This document shows, piece by piece, positions 35,051-47,093 of a stretch of 64,000 nucleotides of DNA. Both the position numbers and the translations under genes were made by a program. Every line of letters starts with the position of its first letter. The first letter of the stretch is position 1. Source of the DNA: Scenedesmus sp. PABB004 (taxonomy: Eukaryota); the NCBI GenBank assembly GCA_014905635.1, contig JABVCE010000029.1:310001-374000 (forward strand), in the 5' to 3' direction. Under the pieces are notes generated by a model that saw only the letters and a program-made list of their open reading frames with translations, had not been told where the DNA came from and searched no databases.

Positions 35051-35246
35051 CCTGTGCAGCGCGCTGTGTGCGGCTCGCGGTGCGGTTCCGGGATGGGGCG
35101 ACTCCCTCGAGTGCGATGTGGCGCTGGCCGCGAGCTCAGCGCCGCGGGCGGCCGGGCTGGACAGCTGCGGCGCGCGTCACTTGCCGCCTGGCTCCGGCGG
35201 CGGCAGCATGTTGCAGCTGCTCGCCACGCCGCCACGTGCTCGCCCG

Positions 35247-37053
35247 TCACCAGGCGTCAAAGTTGGCCATGGGCTGCCCGCCGACGCGCGCCTTCTTGGC
35301 CGCCGGCGCCGCTGCCGCCTCGCCGCTGGCGCCCGCCGCGTCGGCGCCGCCGGCGGCCTTGGCCCCGAGCGGCGCGTCCAGGGCGCTCTGCTGCACGTAC
35401 TTGCCCACGCCGGCGCGCACGGGTGCGGCCGTGGCGCCGGCGCCCGGGTTGGTGAACCACGTGCCGCGCTGGTTCTCCGGCTCGTCCGGGTCGCCCGCCG
35501 CCTCCTGCGCGCGGGGGGCGCGATCGACGCGGCGGCCGGCGGCAGGGGTCAGCAGCGGCCGCGAGCGCGGCAGGTGGCCGCCGCCGCCCCGCAGGGCGCG
35601 GCAGCAGGCACGGCAGCGTGCGCGGCGGCAGGCGCGGGCAGTGCACGCACCGCCTTGGCCGCCTTGTCCGCCGCGGCCTTCTCCTCCTCCTCCATCTCGG
35701 CAAAGGGGTTGGTGAAGATCGTGGCGCCCGTGATCTTGATCTCCTGCCGGGGGGCGCACAGCGCAGGGCACGCGCGCGCGCGCGCGCGGGCAGCGCACAC
35801 GTCAGCGCGCGGCGCGCGCGGCGCACGAGCGTGCCCGGCGGCGGCGCCCGGCCCGCGGCGCGCCTGCAGCGGGCGGTCCTCGTCGTCGGTCGGCGTGCGC
35901 TCCATCGCTGAGAGCACGTCGAGGCCGCCCACGACGCGGCCAAACACGCTGTGCTTGTAGTTGAGGTGCGGCGCGCTCTTGTACATGATGAAAAACTGGC
36001 TGCGCCGCCGCGGGGAGAGGCGGCGGCGGCGGCGGCGGCGGAGAGGGGCGGCGGCGGCGGGGGCTGTGGGCGGACGAGGGAAGCAACGGCGGCGCGCGGC
36101 GCGGTGGCAGTCCCGGGGCCCCCCCCCCCCCCCCCCCCAGGGCCCGCCCGTGCGCGCCTGCCGTTGGTGCCGGGCCCCGAGTTGGCCATCGAGAGCACGC
36201 CGCGCCCGTTGTGCAGGAGGCGCGAGTCGAGCTCGTCCTTGAACGTGGGGCCGTAGATGGACTCACCGCCCATGCCCGTGCCCGTGGGGTCGCCGCCCTG
36301 CAAACGGCGGCGCGGACGCGGCGGCGGCGCGGGGCTGGGCCCTCTCTCCGCTGCCGCTGGCTGCGCCGCCCGCCGCCCGCCGCCCGCCGCCGCAGCTCCC
36401 CCGCGAGCGCCTCCTGCCGCCGGCGCCCCCTGCCGCCGGCGCCCTCGTCCGCCGCCCCCTCGAGCCGCCGCCCCGCCGCCCCGCCGCCCTCTCCGCCGCC
36501 CTCTCCGCCGCCGTGCCTGGATCATGAAGTTCTTGATGCTCCGGTGGAAGGGCGTGCCGTCGTAGTAGCCCATGGCGCAGAGGTAGATGAAGTTCTCACA
36601 CGTCCGCGGCGCGATGTCGGCGTGGAGCTCGACGTTGAGGTCGCCCAGGCTCGTGTGCAGGCGCACGTAGCCCTTCTTGGACGGGCACCGCTCCACGAGC
36701 GCGAGCGTGCGTTCGCTCTTGGTCGCCGCGACGGCGATCGTCGACGTAAACGCGCGCGCCGTCGCGCCGGTCGTGTGCGCGCCCGCGACGTAGCGCGCGT
36801 GGTGCGCGTCGTACCAGGCCTTGGGCACCGGCCGCGCCGCGAGCGCGGCCGCGCCCGCCGCGCCGCCCGCGGCCGCGGCCTTGGCCGCCGCCGCGTCGGC
36901 GCGCAGCTTGGCGGCCGCCGCGCTGCTGTAGTCGTCGGTGTCCCACGTCACCGCGCCGGGCTTGAAGTCGGGCAGCTCCTTGCGCGCCGGCGCGGTCAGG
37001 CGCCAGTCCTTGGCCGGCTTGTCCGCCCCCGCACCGCCGCCGCCAGCGGGTGC

Positions 37054-37085
<32 letters not shown>

Positions 37086-37587
37086 GCCCGCTCGTGCTCG
37101 CCGCGGCGCCCGATGCGCGGCGCACGGCCGCCTCGGCGAGCAGGCGCTTCGCCTCGGCGCGCTTGCCGCCGCCGCCGGCGCGGAAGGCGTCGGCCGCCTC
37201 GGCCGTGCCGAGCGCGCCGAGCGCGCGCTGCATGTCGACGTTGACGTTGCGCAGGCTGCTGCTCTCCTCCTCCGGCCCGTCGTCCGCCTCGAGCGCCTGC
37301 GCGCGGCGCGGCGCGGTGCGTGCAGCGCGGCGCGCTTCAGCCCCGGGGGCCCGCGCCGCACATGCCTCCGCTCCGCCGACCTGCACGCCCCGGCGCCGCC
37401 CCGCGCGCCGCCGCGCCGCGTTGCGCCGCGCTGCACCGCCGGGCCGCCGCGTCGCCGTGCCCGGCGGGGCTCTCGCTCACGTGTTTGACGTGGTGGAACT
37501 CGCCCACGAGGCGGCCCGACACGTTGAGGGGGTCCTGGATCTGGATGATGTCCTTGCGCTTGAACGGCTCGTCTGTGAGTGTGCGTG

Positions 37588-37622
<35 letters not shown>

Positions 37623-38579
37623 TGTGGGGTGCGCGGCGAGCACGTGGCGGCGTCCGCGAGGGCCCCGCAGCGCGCGGCGAGCCAAGCCGCCGCAACGGGC
37701 CGGCTCGCCAGCGGGCCGGCACAGCAGGCCGACGGCCGCGCGCGAGCGCCCCGGCGGCGCCGCGCATGCACCGGTGAGGAGGTCCTTCCAGGACTTGGGC
37801 TTGACGCAGAGCTCGTCGACCGCGTCGTAGCTGTAGACGTTGCCCGTGGGCTTGACCGCGACGATGTGGCTGTGCGGCGTGAAGACCTTGCCCGTCACGG
37901 GGCAGCAGTACTCGCCGTCTGCGGCGCGGCGCGGCGGCGGCGGCGCAGGGGGGCGGCGGCGCGGTGGGCCGGCCGGCGTCCGCTGCCGGCGCGCCCCTGC
38001 CGCCGCTCGCCCCGCCGCGGCCGCCTCCGCCGCCGCACAGCGCCGCGCAGCCGGCCGCCCTGCTGCTTAACCCCTGCTTAACCCCTGCCGCGCACCCGCG
38101 TTCTTGTGGAAGTTGAGGCGTATGAGGTCGCCGAGCTCCAGCGGCGCGCCGCTCACGGGGTGGCGGCCGTGCTTGCGGATGTAGGGCACCACGTTGACGA
38201 TGTCATACACCGTGCCGTCCTCTGCGCGTGTGGGGGCGTGTGGGCGGCGGGCGCGGCTGTGCAGCGGCGCAGGGAGCAGGGCGGCGGCGGCGGCGCTGCC
38301 GCCGCCGCTGGTAGCAGCAGCGGCTGCCCGTGGCGGCGGCGGCCGGCCCCGCAGCCCAGCCGCCGCCGGGCGGGCGAGGGGCAGGGGGTGGCCCGGCCGG
38401 CCGGCGCGGGACGCACCGGTGCACACGGGGTCCTCAAACGGCGTGAACGTGATCGCGCAGCAGTTGAACGGCAGCCGCGCAAACGGCGCGGCCTTCTTCT
38501 CCTTGTAGCCGCCCCACTCCTCGCGGTGCTCCTTGTTGGTGATGTAGCCGCGGTCCTTCTGGCTCCGCTTCTTGCCCAT
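35247..38579 (-). CDS. PPIL2: U-box/cyclophilin PPIL2 (CYP65)
   Basis: [74 protein letters not shown], ending NFDAW*. Confidence 0.93.
37590..37618. repeat. (GT)n dinucleotide microsatellite in a PPIL2 intron
   Basis: Read directly. Confidence 0.85.
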
Positions 38580-40283
38580 GGCGCCCGCGGCTGGGCGCGC
38601 GGCCGCCGCCGCTGCTGCTGCTGCGGGCGCCGCCGCCGCCGCTCCGCGCCGCTGCCGCCGCCTGCTCGCGTGCGATCTGCTCTGGCGTCAGGGCTCACAG
38701 GCGGCGATCGGGCGGCGTCGCGCGGGCGTGCTGCTGCTGCGGCAGAGGGGTGCGGCCGCCTGCTGCGGTCGTGCGTGCGGGAGCGACGCGCGTGAGTGGC
38801 TATGCGAGTTGGCGCGCGTGCGCGCTCAACGGCGCGCTCGGCGAGCGCGGTGACTGCGGAGCAGGTCCCCGGCGCGCAGAGCCCGCAGGGCGGGCGGGGG
38901 AGCGCGCCCAGCTGGTCAGGTCAGCTCCTGGACGGGCGGCCCAGCTCAGGGCCGCGCGCGCGCCAGCTGCGGCGACGCGGCGGCGCCGGCAGCGGCGCGG
39001 CCAGGGCGGCGCGCGAGCTTGCGCAGGCGGACTTTTGCAGCTCTTGGTGGTTACCCAGAAGCTTCCTCTAGGGTCATCCCCGCCACCGAGTCAGAGCGCC
39101 GACGCGTCGCCGCCGCCCGGCCGGGCGCCGCATGCCGACCTGTGTGCCGGATGCGAGCGCCGCACGCGCCGGGCGGCGGCCGCGTCGCCGCATGTTGTTA
39201 TGGAGCACCGCCGCCGGGGGCGACGGCGCCGCCGGCCGCAGGCTGCTGCGGCCGGCCGAGCCCTGCGCTAGTGTGTGCCAGACCAGCCAAGACGCTCACG
39301 ACGCTCGCACGCAATCACTCTCGCCAGCACAAGACAGAGCAGACGCGCGGGGCACCATTGGATGAAATGCCGCCAGCGGCGGCCTCAGTGCGCGTTAGGG
39401 GTGTTTGTGTGTGTCGAGTGGTCAGCGGTGCCGTCGCCGCGCAGCGCAGGCCAGAGGCGCCAAGCAGGCGCCAAGCAGGCGCCAGCTGGAGCGTCACCAT
39501 CGTGGTCGGTCGCCGTGGGGACCTCGTCGGGTGTGTGCAGACCCGGCGGCCAGCCGCAGAGCTGGCCGCGGCCGCAGTGTTCGCAGTGGTCGTCGTCGCG
39601 GAAGCGAGCAGCACAGAGCAGGAGCGCGCGCGCGTGCAATCTGCACAGGCGCAGGCCGAGCGGATCCACACACACGCACCCGCCCGCGCCCGCGGGCGCG
39701 GGCTTATCTCCGTCTCCATGTCCTCCAACCCTAGGGTGTACAAGGCCACAGCGCGCGCAGCATGGGATGCAGCAGCGACGCCACAAGATAGAACCGCACG
39801 GCTCCCGGTGCCCGCCCGCCGGCGCATCCCTGGGAAGCTCAAAAACAGCGGCCTCGGCGCCGCGGCCACGGCGCCAGCAGGCACGGCGGCGCGCAGCGCC
39901 GCCGCGCCCGCGGCGCCAGCACGGCGGGCACGTCGCTGGCACGCGGCCCCGCGGAGTTGGTTTGTGAGAGGCCCCCAGGCAGACGGGGCCGGGACGGCGG
40001 CCGCCGGCGGGGGCGGCCCGCGCCGCGCCCCGCCGGCCGGCGGCGCCGCGCCCGGCCCCTGCCCAGCCTCCGCCCCAGCGGCGCCGGCCTCTTGCAGGCC
40101 GGCGGCGGCGCTGGGCCCGCGCCGCGCGCCCCCCAGAACCTCACGGCTCCGTCATGTGCTGCCCCCCCACAGCATGTGCAACGTGCGACCGCCCCCCACC
40201 CGCCCGTGGCGCGCCGCGCGGGGCCGTGTGCTCCCGCCGTCGTCGCACGCAACGGCCCCGCGCGGCGCGCCCGGCGCCCGGGC

Positions 40284-41832
40284 TCACCAGCCGAGCAGCG
40301 TGCTCAGCAGGCTGCGCCGCCGGCGCGTCGCGCGGCGCCGGCTGTACTCGCCCATTTTGTACGCCTTGGGCGTGCCGTACTTGGCCGACTGCAGCGAGAT
40401 CTTGGACTCCCACAGCGGCGCGGCGCTGCCAGACCCGCTCTCGTTCAGCGCCGCGCGCGACGCCGCGTCCACGATGCGAACGTCGGCGCAGTTCCAAAAC
40501 CTGGCGGCGCGGCGCGGGTCGGCGGCGAGGGTCGGCGCGGGTCAGCGCAGGTCGGCGCGGCGGCAGCGCAGGGCGGAGCGGACCACGCGGCCCCGCTGCC
40601 GCCGCGCGGCGGGCGCGGGCGGGGGCGCGGCGGCGCGGGCGCGGGCGCCACTCACTCCTCCGGGTATCCCACGCCCTCGCTGCCGCAGGTCGGGTAGACC
40701 TGCACGTTGGTGCAGCTCGCGTCGCCCTTGTTGCTGTCGGGGCAGGGCGGCCAGCACACGTGCGCGGTGAGGTAGTGCCACTGGAGCTTGCACTGCCGGC
40801 AGGAGTAGCCCTTGGGCAGGCGCCAGGCGGTGCGATACACGACCATGTCGGTAAACTGGTTGCACCGCTCCTGCTTGCGGCAGCCCTCGCCGCCGTAGAC
40901 GGGCGGCATAACGTACGTCGAGAAGCTGCCGTCGTTGTACGCCGGCGCGACGTAGCCCGCGTTGCCGCCGGTCCAGTTGGCAAGGAAGGGCATGTACCAG
41001 AGCGAGCCCTTGCCGTCCACGCTGCGGGGGCGCGGCGGGGGGGACGCGGCGGGGTGAGCGCGGCGAGCGCGGCGGGGCACGCAGCGGAGCACGCAGCGGC
41101 GTCGGCGGGGCGGCCGAGGCGGCGGCGCGCCGGGGCGGGCGGGCGGCGGCGCGCGCGCACCGCTCGAGGTTGGTGCACTTCTTGTCCCCCGGCTTGGCGT
41201 CGAGGTCGCAGATGGTCATGTCGACGCGGCCCATGTGGTTCACGGCGATGACAAAGTCAACGCTGATGTCCTGGCCCTGCATGTACGTCGCCTGCACCGG
41301 GCCGGGCTTGTCCCAGCGCGTCTCGCCGGCCGCGTCGCCGCAGTAGCCGTGCTTGCCGTTGGGCCACTTGAGCTTCTGCTTCTGCGATACCAGGTCCGTG
41401 CCTGCGTGACGCGGAGGGGGCGGCGGACGACGCCGCGTGGGCCGCCGCGCGTGCGCGTGCGCTGCCGACCACGCGGCGCGCTGGCGTCGCCGCCGCGCGC
41501 CCGTGCCCTGCGCGCCCCGGCGCCGCGCCTCACCGCCGGCGTTGAGGCCGTGGCTCATGTAGTAGCTGTTTTCAAGGTAGTCGATCCAGTTGCGGCTGCG
41601 CGGCTGCAGCAGCACGCCGTGGCCTGGGCGCGAGAGCGGCGCGCGCGGGTGACGCCGGGCGCGCGGGGCCCGGCGGGGGCGCGGCGCGCGCAGGCGCGGG
41701 CCGCAAACGACGCCAGCCGGCCGGCGCCCGCGCTGGCGCCGGTGGCGCCCTGCCGCTGCGGCGGCGCGCACCAGTGACGGCCGCGAGCTGCAGCAGCAAC
41801 AGCAGCACGCCCGCTGTCAGTGTTCGACGCAT
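40284..41832 (-). CDS. Secreted lytic polysaccharide monooxygenase-like protein (LPMO_10/Chitin_bind_3 fold)
   Basis: Signal peptide MRRTLTAGVLLLLLQLAAVTG, then mature HGVLLQPRSRN; CGD; AVNHMG; WRLPKGYSCRQCKLQWHY; EE|FWNCADV. Confidence 0.85.
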
Positions 41833-43008
41833 GGCTGCGAGCGCTCTGCGATGCAAAGGAGGCGAGGGGACCGACGGCGCGTGAGCGCGGGAGCGGCATC
41901 ACCCAGCCCGACGGCTGCTGCCCGACGCGCGGCGCCGCCGGGCCGGCTGGCGCGCGGAGCGGCCGAGGCAATGCCCGGTGGTCCAGGGGCGACCGCCTGC
42001 GCGGCCGCAGGGCGGCGCCAGGCGCGGTCGCAGCTCAAACTTGCGCGGCCCACCTGCCAGGGCGCGTTGCCGGGGCCTGCCGTCCGGCTGAAAAGGTCTC
42101 CGGTCGTTTGAGCGTGCCGATGCGCCGGGCGGCGCCTGCGTTCCGGCGCTGGGCGAGCGGGGAACGGGCAGGGGTTGCACGATTGGGCGCGTGCGCTGTG
42201 GGCGTGGCTGAGGCGTGAAGGAAGCTGAGGGGCGCAGGGAGTCGTGGGCAGAGCGGTGGGGCTCGCAGAGCGGGCGCAGCCGAGAACACCGCTCGCTGCT
42301 GCTCCCGACGCCCGACTAGTCCGACCCACGGTGGCGGCCCGTGATTTTCGGCCGGGGCCGCGCCCGGCGTGCTCGCCACAGTCGGTCCTACCTCGGAGAA
42401 ACGCGCCGCGGCCTGGGCCGACTCCCGCGCCCGGTGCGGCCGGGTGACGACGACGATGACGCCCCGCGCGCTGCGCCCGTGGCCCGCCCCGGCAGCGCGC
42501 GGCGCTGGCTCGCTGCTTCTAGGTTCTGCGAGCTTGGTGCGACCTCCGGCTGGCGCGTTGCGGCTGTGTCACCCGGCCACATGCCTGCTGCTGCCGCCGC
42601 GCAAAGGCGCCCTGTGGCGAGCTCGCAGGCGCGCCAGCACTCGGTTGCATCACCACACCAACGCACCACGCACACCACGCGCCGCTCGCCGGCAGCCGCC
42701 GGCGGCGCCTGACGCGGCCAGACGCGGCACGCCGCCAGCGACCGCTCCACACAGAGCCCCTCAACTAGGCGCAGCCCCCTAGGACCAGACAGGAAAAAAG
42801 AGCGGCGCTGGCAGGCGCCAACCTAGACACACGCGCCGCCTTGAGGCCGGGCGGCTGCCTCGCAGGGCGGCGCGGGCGCTGCGAGAGCGCAGCGCACCGC
42901 GCGCCCCGCCTCACGGGCCGCGGCGCCGCCAGTCGCCGCGCCGTCGCCGTCGCCGTCGCCGCGCCGCCGCGCGGGCGCGGGGGCGCGGGGTGCGCCGCCC
43001 TCGCCACG

Positions 43009-46000
43009 TCACAGGATGCGCTTGCGCTGCGTGTAGCGCATGATGGCGAGGAAGATGTAGAAGCAGCCGACCACGATCGCGCCCGTGACGCCCCAAAACC
43101 CCAGGACGCTGAGCTCGAGGTTGCTGCGCATGTTCATGCCGAAGATGCCCGCCACCATCGCGCCGAGCGCGGCCGCAAAGCTGCCCATGGAGAGCATGAG
43201 CTCCAGGCGGTTCACCTCGTACCTGGCGTGCCAGACGCGGCGGGCGCGGGAGGCGGCGGCGGCGGGAGGTGGCGGCGGCGGGAGGCGCGGGGCGTGAGGC
43301 GCGCGCAGGGAGAGAGAGAGGGGGAGAGAGTGGGCGAGAGGCGGGGCAGCCCTGCATTTGCTGCGTCACCGCGCGGCGGCTGCGCGCGCGCCGTGCCGCG
43401 CGGCGGCGCGCACCGCCGCGCGGAGAGCGAGACGCCGATCGACTCCTCCAGGTCGCGCGCGCCCTCGAGCAGGCGCTCCGCCTCGCTCTGCGTCGCGCTC
43501 GCGCGCTGGAGGTAGTACTCGAGCAGGTCCTCCACCTGGGTGTGGGTGTGTGGGTGTGTGTGTGTGTGCGCGTGTGTGTGGGAGGGGGGGGGGGGGGGGG
43601 CGCCGCGGGCGGCAGGGGTGGGCTTAGCATTGTGGCTGGGCGGCCACTCAGCGGATGGGCGGCCGCCCAGCCGCGGCGGCGGCGGCGGCGGCGGCGGCCG
43701 GCCGCGCAACGGAGCAGAGCAGGGCGGGGCGGGCCGCGGCGCCCGTGCGCGCGCGGGTGCGGCGCGGCGGCGCACGCGCCTCCTCGAGCTCCTCCTCCTC
43801 CTCCTCCTGCTCCGCGAGCTCCTCCAGCGCGTCCTGCGCGTCCTGGAAGTCCTCCTCCGGGTCGCCCTCGCGGTCGCGGTCGCGGTCGCGCTCGCGCTCA
43901 CCGCGCGGCAACTCGCGGTCGCGGTCGCGCTCGCCGCCGCGCTCGGGCCTGCGGCGACGGCGGCGGCGGCGGCGGCGCGGGGCTCGTGGGCGAGCGGGCG
44001 GCGGCGGCGGCCGCGGCGGCGGCGCGCCCCGGGCGGCACGGGCGGTGCGTGGGCGCGCACCGCCACCAGCGCTGCTCCTCCTCGCGCGGCTGCTTGTCGC
44101 GCCCGCGCGGCGGCACGATGACGCCCCCCGGGCCGCGCTTGAAGCCGTGCTTGGCGTAGAGCTCGGCCAGCCGCTCGCGCCGCGCCGCGGCCGCGGCGGC
44201 CGCCGACGCGGCCGACGCCTCGGCCGCGCTGGTGAAGACGCGGCCGGGGCTGGCGCTGCCGCTGCCGCGGCCGCCGGGCGTGCCGGGCGGGCTGGGCGGC
44301 GCGAGCGGCACAAAGGAGAGCGGGTACGGCGGCGACAGCGGCGCCCACGCCGCGCCCGGCGGCTGCTGCGGTCCCGGCGGCGCCAGCTGCGCCGCGGTCG
44401 CGTGGCCCCCGCCGTTGCCGAGGTCGGGCTGCTGCGGGGCGCCGCTGCCGCCGCCGCTGCTGCCGTTGCTGCTGCTGCTGCTGCTGCTGGCGCCGCTGCG
44501 CCGCTCGTCGTCCTCCAGGTTGCTGCGCCGCGTCTGCTCCATCTCCTCGCGCGCCCTGCGGCGGCGGCGGCGGCACCAGCGGCGGTGAGCACCGCGCGCG
44601 GCAGCGCGTCGCCCCCTCAGCGGCGCTCCGCGCAGCGCCGCGCCGCGCACCGCGTGAGCTGGCGCTCCATGCGGTCGCGCTCGCGCTGCTTGCGCCGCTC
44701 CTCGCGGCGCGGGCGGCTGCTGAGGTTGAGCTCGCGCAGCTCGTCCTCGTCGTCCATAATCTGCTCCAGCATCTCACGCAGCGTGTCGGCCTGGCCGCAG
44801 GGCGCGAGCGGTGCGGCGGCGCGGCGGGGTGAGGCCGGCGGCGCGCGCCGCGCGCCGCGCCGCGCGCCACCACAGCGCGCCCCTCCCACGCCCCGGCCGC
44901 CCGCGCGCGCGGCGGCGTGCCTTGTTCTCGAGCTCCACCAGCGCCTGCTTGATGCGGCGCAGCTCCTCCAGGTTGACCGGGTTGATCTCACGCGGCAGCT
45001 TCTGCAGCAGCTCGCCCACGCGCCGGGTCACCGACAGCACCTCAGCGTCGAGCCGGCCTGGCGCACGCGGGCGGTGGGCGGACGACGCGGGGTGTGGGCG
45101 CGCGGGCGGTGCCGCCTTGCGCCGCCGCTGCGTGGCGTGGCGGCTGCCCCAGCAGCATGCGCGGCCGCGCGCACCTGTGGCGACCATGAGCACGCCCTCC
45201 AGCACCTCCAGCTCAAACGGCGGCGCCCTGCGCGGCGGCGGCAGCCGCAGCGGCGTCGGCCTTGCCGCCGGCCGCCCGCTGCGCTGCTGCTGCTGCTGCA
45301 GCGCGCGCGCGGCAGCGCCCCCGCCGCAGCGGCGCCAGCTGCCGTCCGGCCGCGCGCACCGTGAGCCCGCCTGCCGCGCCTCCCGCCGGTACGACTCGCT
45401 CTCGTGCCCCTCGCCGGCGCCGCCCGCGGCCTGCTGCTTTGCGAGCATGCGCTGCCCCGCGCTCGCCTGCGCGGCCGTGGGGCGGCGCCGCGTGAGTACG
45501 GGCGGGCGCCGCCGCCACTGCCGCCGGCGGCGTCGCGCGCTCGCTCGTGCAGTGGCCGCGGCAGCGGCGCACCTGCAGGCGCGGCACGAGCTGGTCCAGC
45601 AGCTTGCGGGTGTTGTTGGACGCCGGCTCAAACAGCAGGCCCTTGTCCGCGGTGACGATCGCGCTGCGGCGGCGCGCGGGCGGCGGCGGCGGAGGCGTCA
45701 AACCCCCGGCGCGCCGCCGCTCTGGCTGCAGCCGCCGGCGCTGGCGCCGCCGCCGCCGCCGCTGCCGCGGGGCGCCCCGTGCAAGCAGCCGCCCGTGCCG
45801 CGCCGCGCCGGCGCGGCGTGCGCGCGCGCGGCGCACCGGATGCCGCCGAGGTTGAGCAGCAGCACGTCCTCCTTGATGGTGATGCTGGGCGAGGCCTTGG
45901 TGAAGTCGATGGTCGGGTCGATGCGCCGCAGGTCGCGCGGCTGCAGGCCGTGCTCGCGCAGCAGGTCGCGGCGCTTGATGCGCAGCCGCCGCACCGCGCC

Positions 46001-46681
46001 GGCCTCGTCGAGGCGCAACACCTGGCGCGCGGCGCGGCGCGGCGCCGCTCAGCCGCTGCTGCTGCGCGGCCGGGACCCGGGGTTCGGTGCTGCGCGCGGC
46101 CGCGCCCGCTCCGCGCCCGTCCCGCACGCTGCCGCCGCCGCCGGCTGCGCGCCGCGACCGCGCGCCGCCCGCCGCACCTCGTAGTTTGCCTTTACGATGT
46201 GCGCCGTCGCGGGCGTGCCCGCCACGCCGAGCTCCTCCAGCGAGTCCATGCCCTCCACGTCGTCCATGGTCGACGTCGGCTCGCGCGGCTCAAACATATC
46301 AAGGCTGTGCACCGCCGTCTGCAGGAGCTGCTTTGCGCTCGCGCCCACGAGCGCGCCGGGGCCCGGCCCCAGGCCGCCGCTGTCGAGCATAGAGGAGCTG
46401 CCGCTGCTGCCGCCGGCGGACAGGCCCGCGCCGCCCGACGACGCGCCGTTGTTGGCCGCTGGCAGCGGCGCGCCGCGCTGCTGCGGCCCGCCGCCGCCCC
46501 GCCGCTGCCCGCGCAGGCTCGCCAGCGCCTCCGCCGCCCAGTGCGCGCCGCCGGGGGGCTGCCCCGCGCGCCGCGGGCCCGGCCCGCGCGCAGGGGGCGC
46601 GGGACGACGCCCCGCCCAGCTGCTGTCGACGCGGGGCGCGCCCTGCAGGCGCCCCAGGCGCGCTGCGCCGGCCAGGGGCAT
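43009..46681 (-). CDS. MRS2: MRS2/CorA magnesium transporter (MRS2-11-like; start uncertain)
   Basis: LQPRDLRRID, PFELEVLE, LEELRRIKQALVEL, VEDLLEYY, LSARR..VNRLEL, GIFGMN plus two TM helices. Confidence 0.9.
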
Positions 46682-47093
46682 GGCGCCGCCGCCGCCACGC
46701 CCCCGGTCGAGCAATGCATGGGAAGAACGCGACCCCTCAGGCCGCGCGGCGCGCTGCGAGGGCGGCCATGGCGCTGCGCGCGCGACCGGGCGAGCTTGGG
46801 GCGCGCTGGCGCAAGGGGCGTGGTGTGCGATGTGGCGCGCGCAGGCACGTGGCGGCCGATCGCGGGGGCACGCGGCAGCGAAGCGGGCGGTCGCGCCGCG
46901 AGCGCGGGGCGCAAGGGCGCAGCGTGGGCGCGCGGGCGCTGGGCGGGATCGGCCGCCCCCGGTCCCCAGACCGACGCTGCGCCGACTGGTCACGCTTGCG
47001 CGCCATCTGCGCCGCACCGCCGCGTGGCGCGCCGCTGCCGCTGCTGCTGCCGCGCCCGCCGCCGCCGCCGCGCGGCGCGCCGTCGCCGTCGCC

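Noticed and set aside
38060..38086. CTGCTTAACCC tandem duplication
   Set aside because: Two-copy intronic slippage with nothing inserted, so not a usable target-site duplication.
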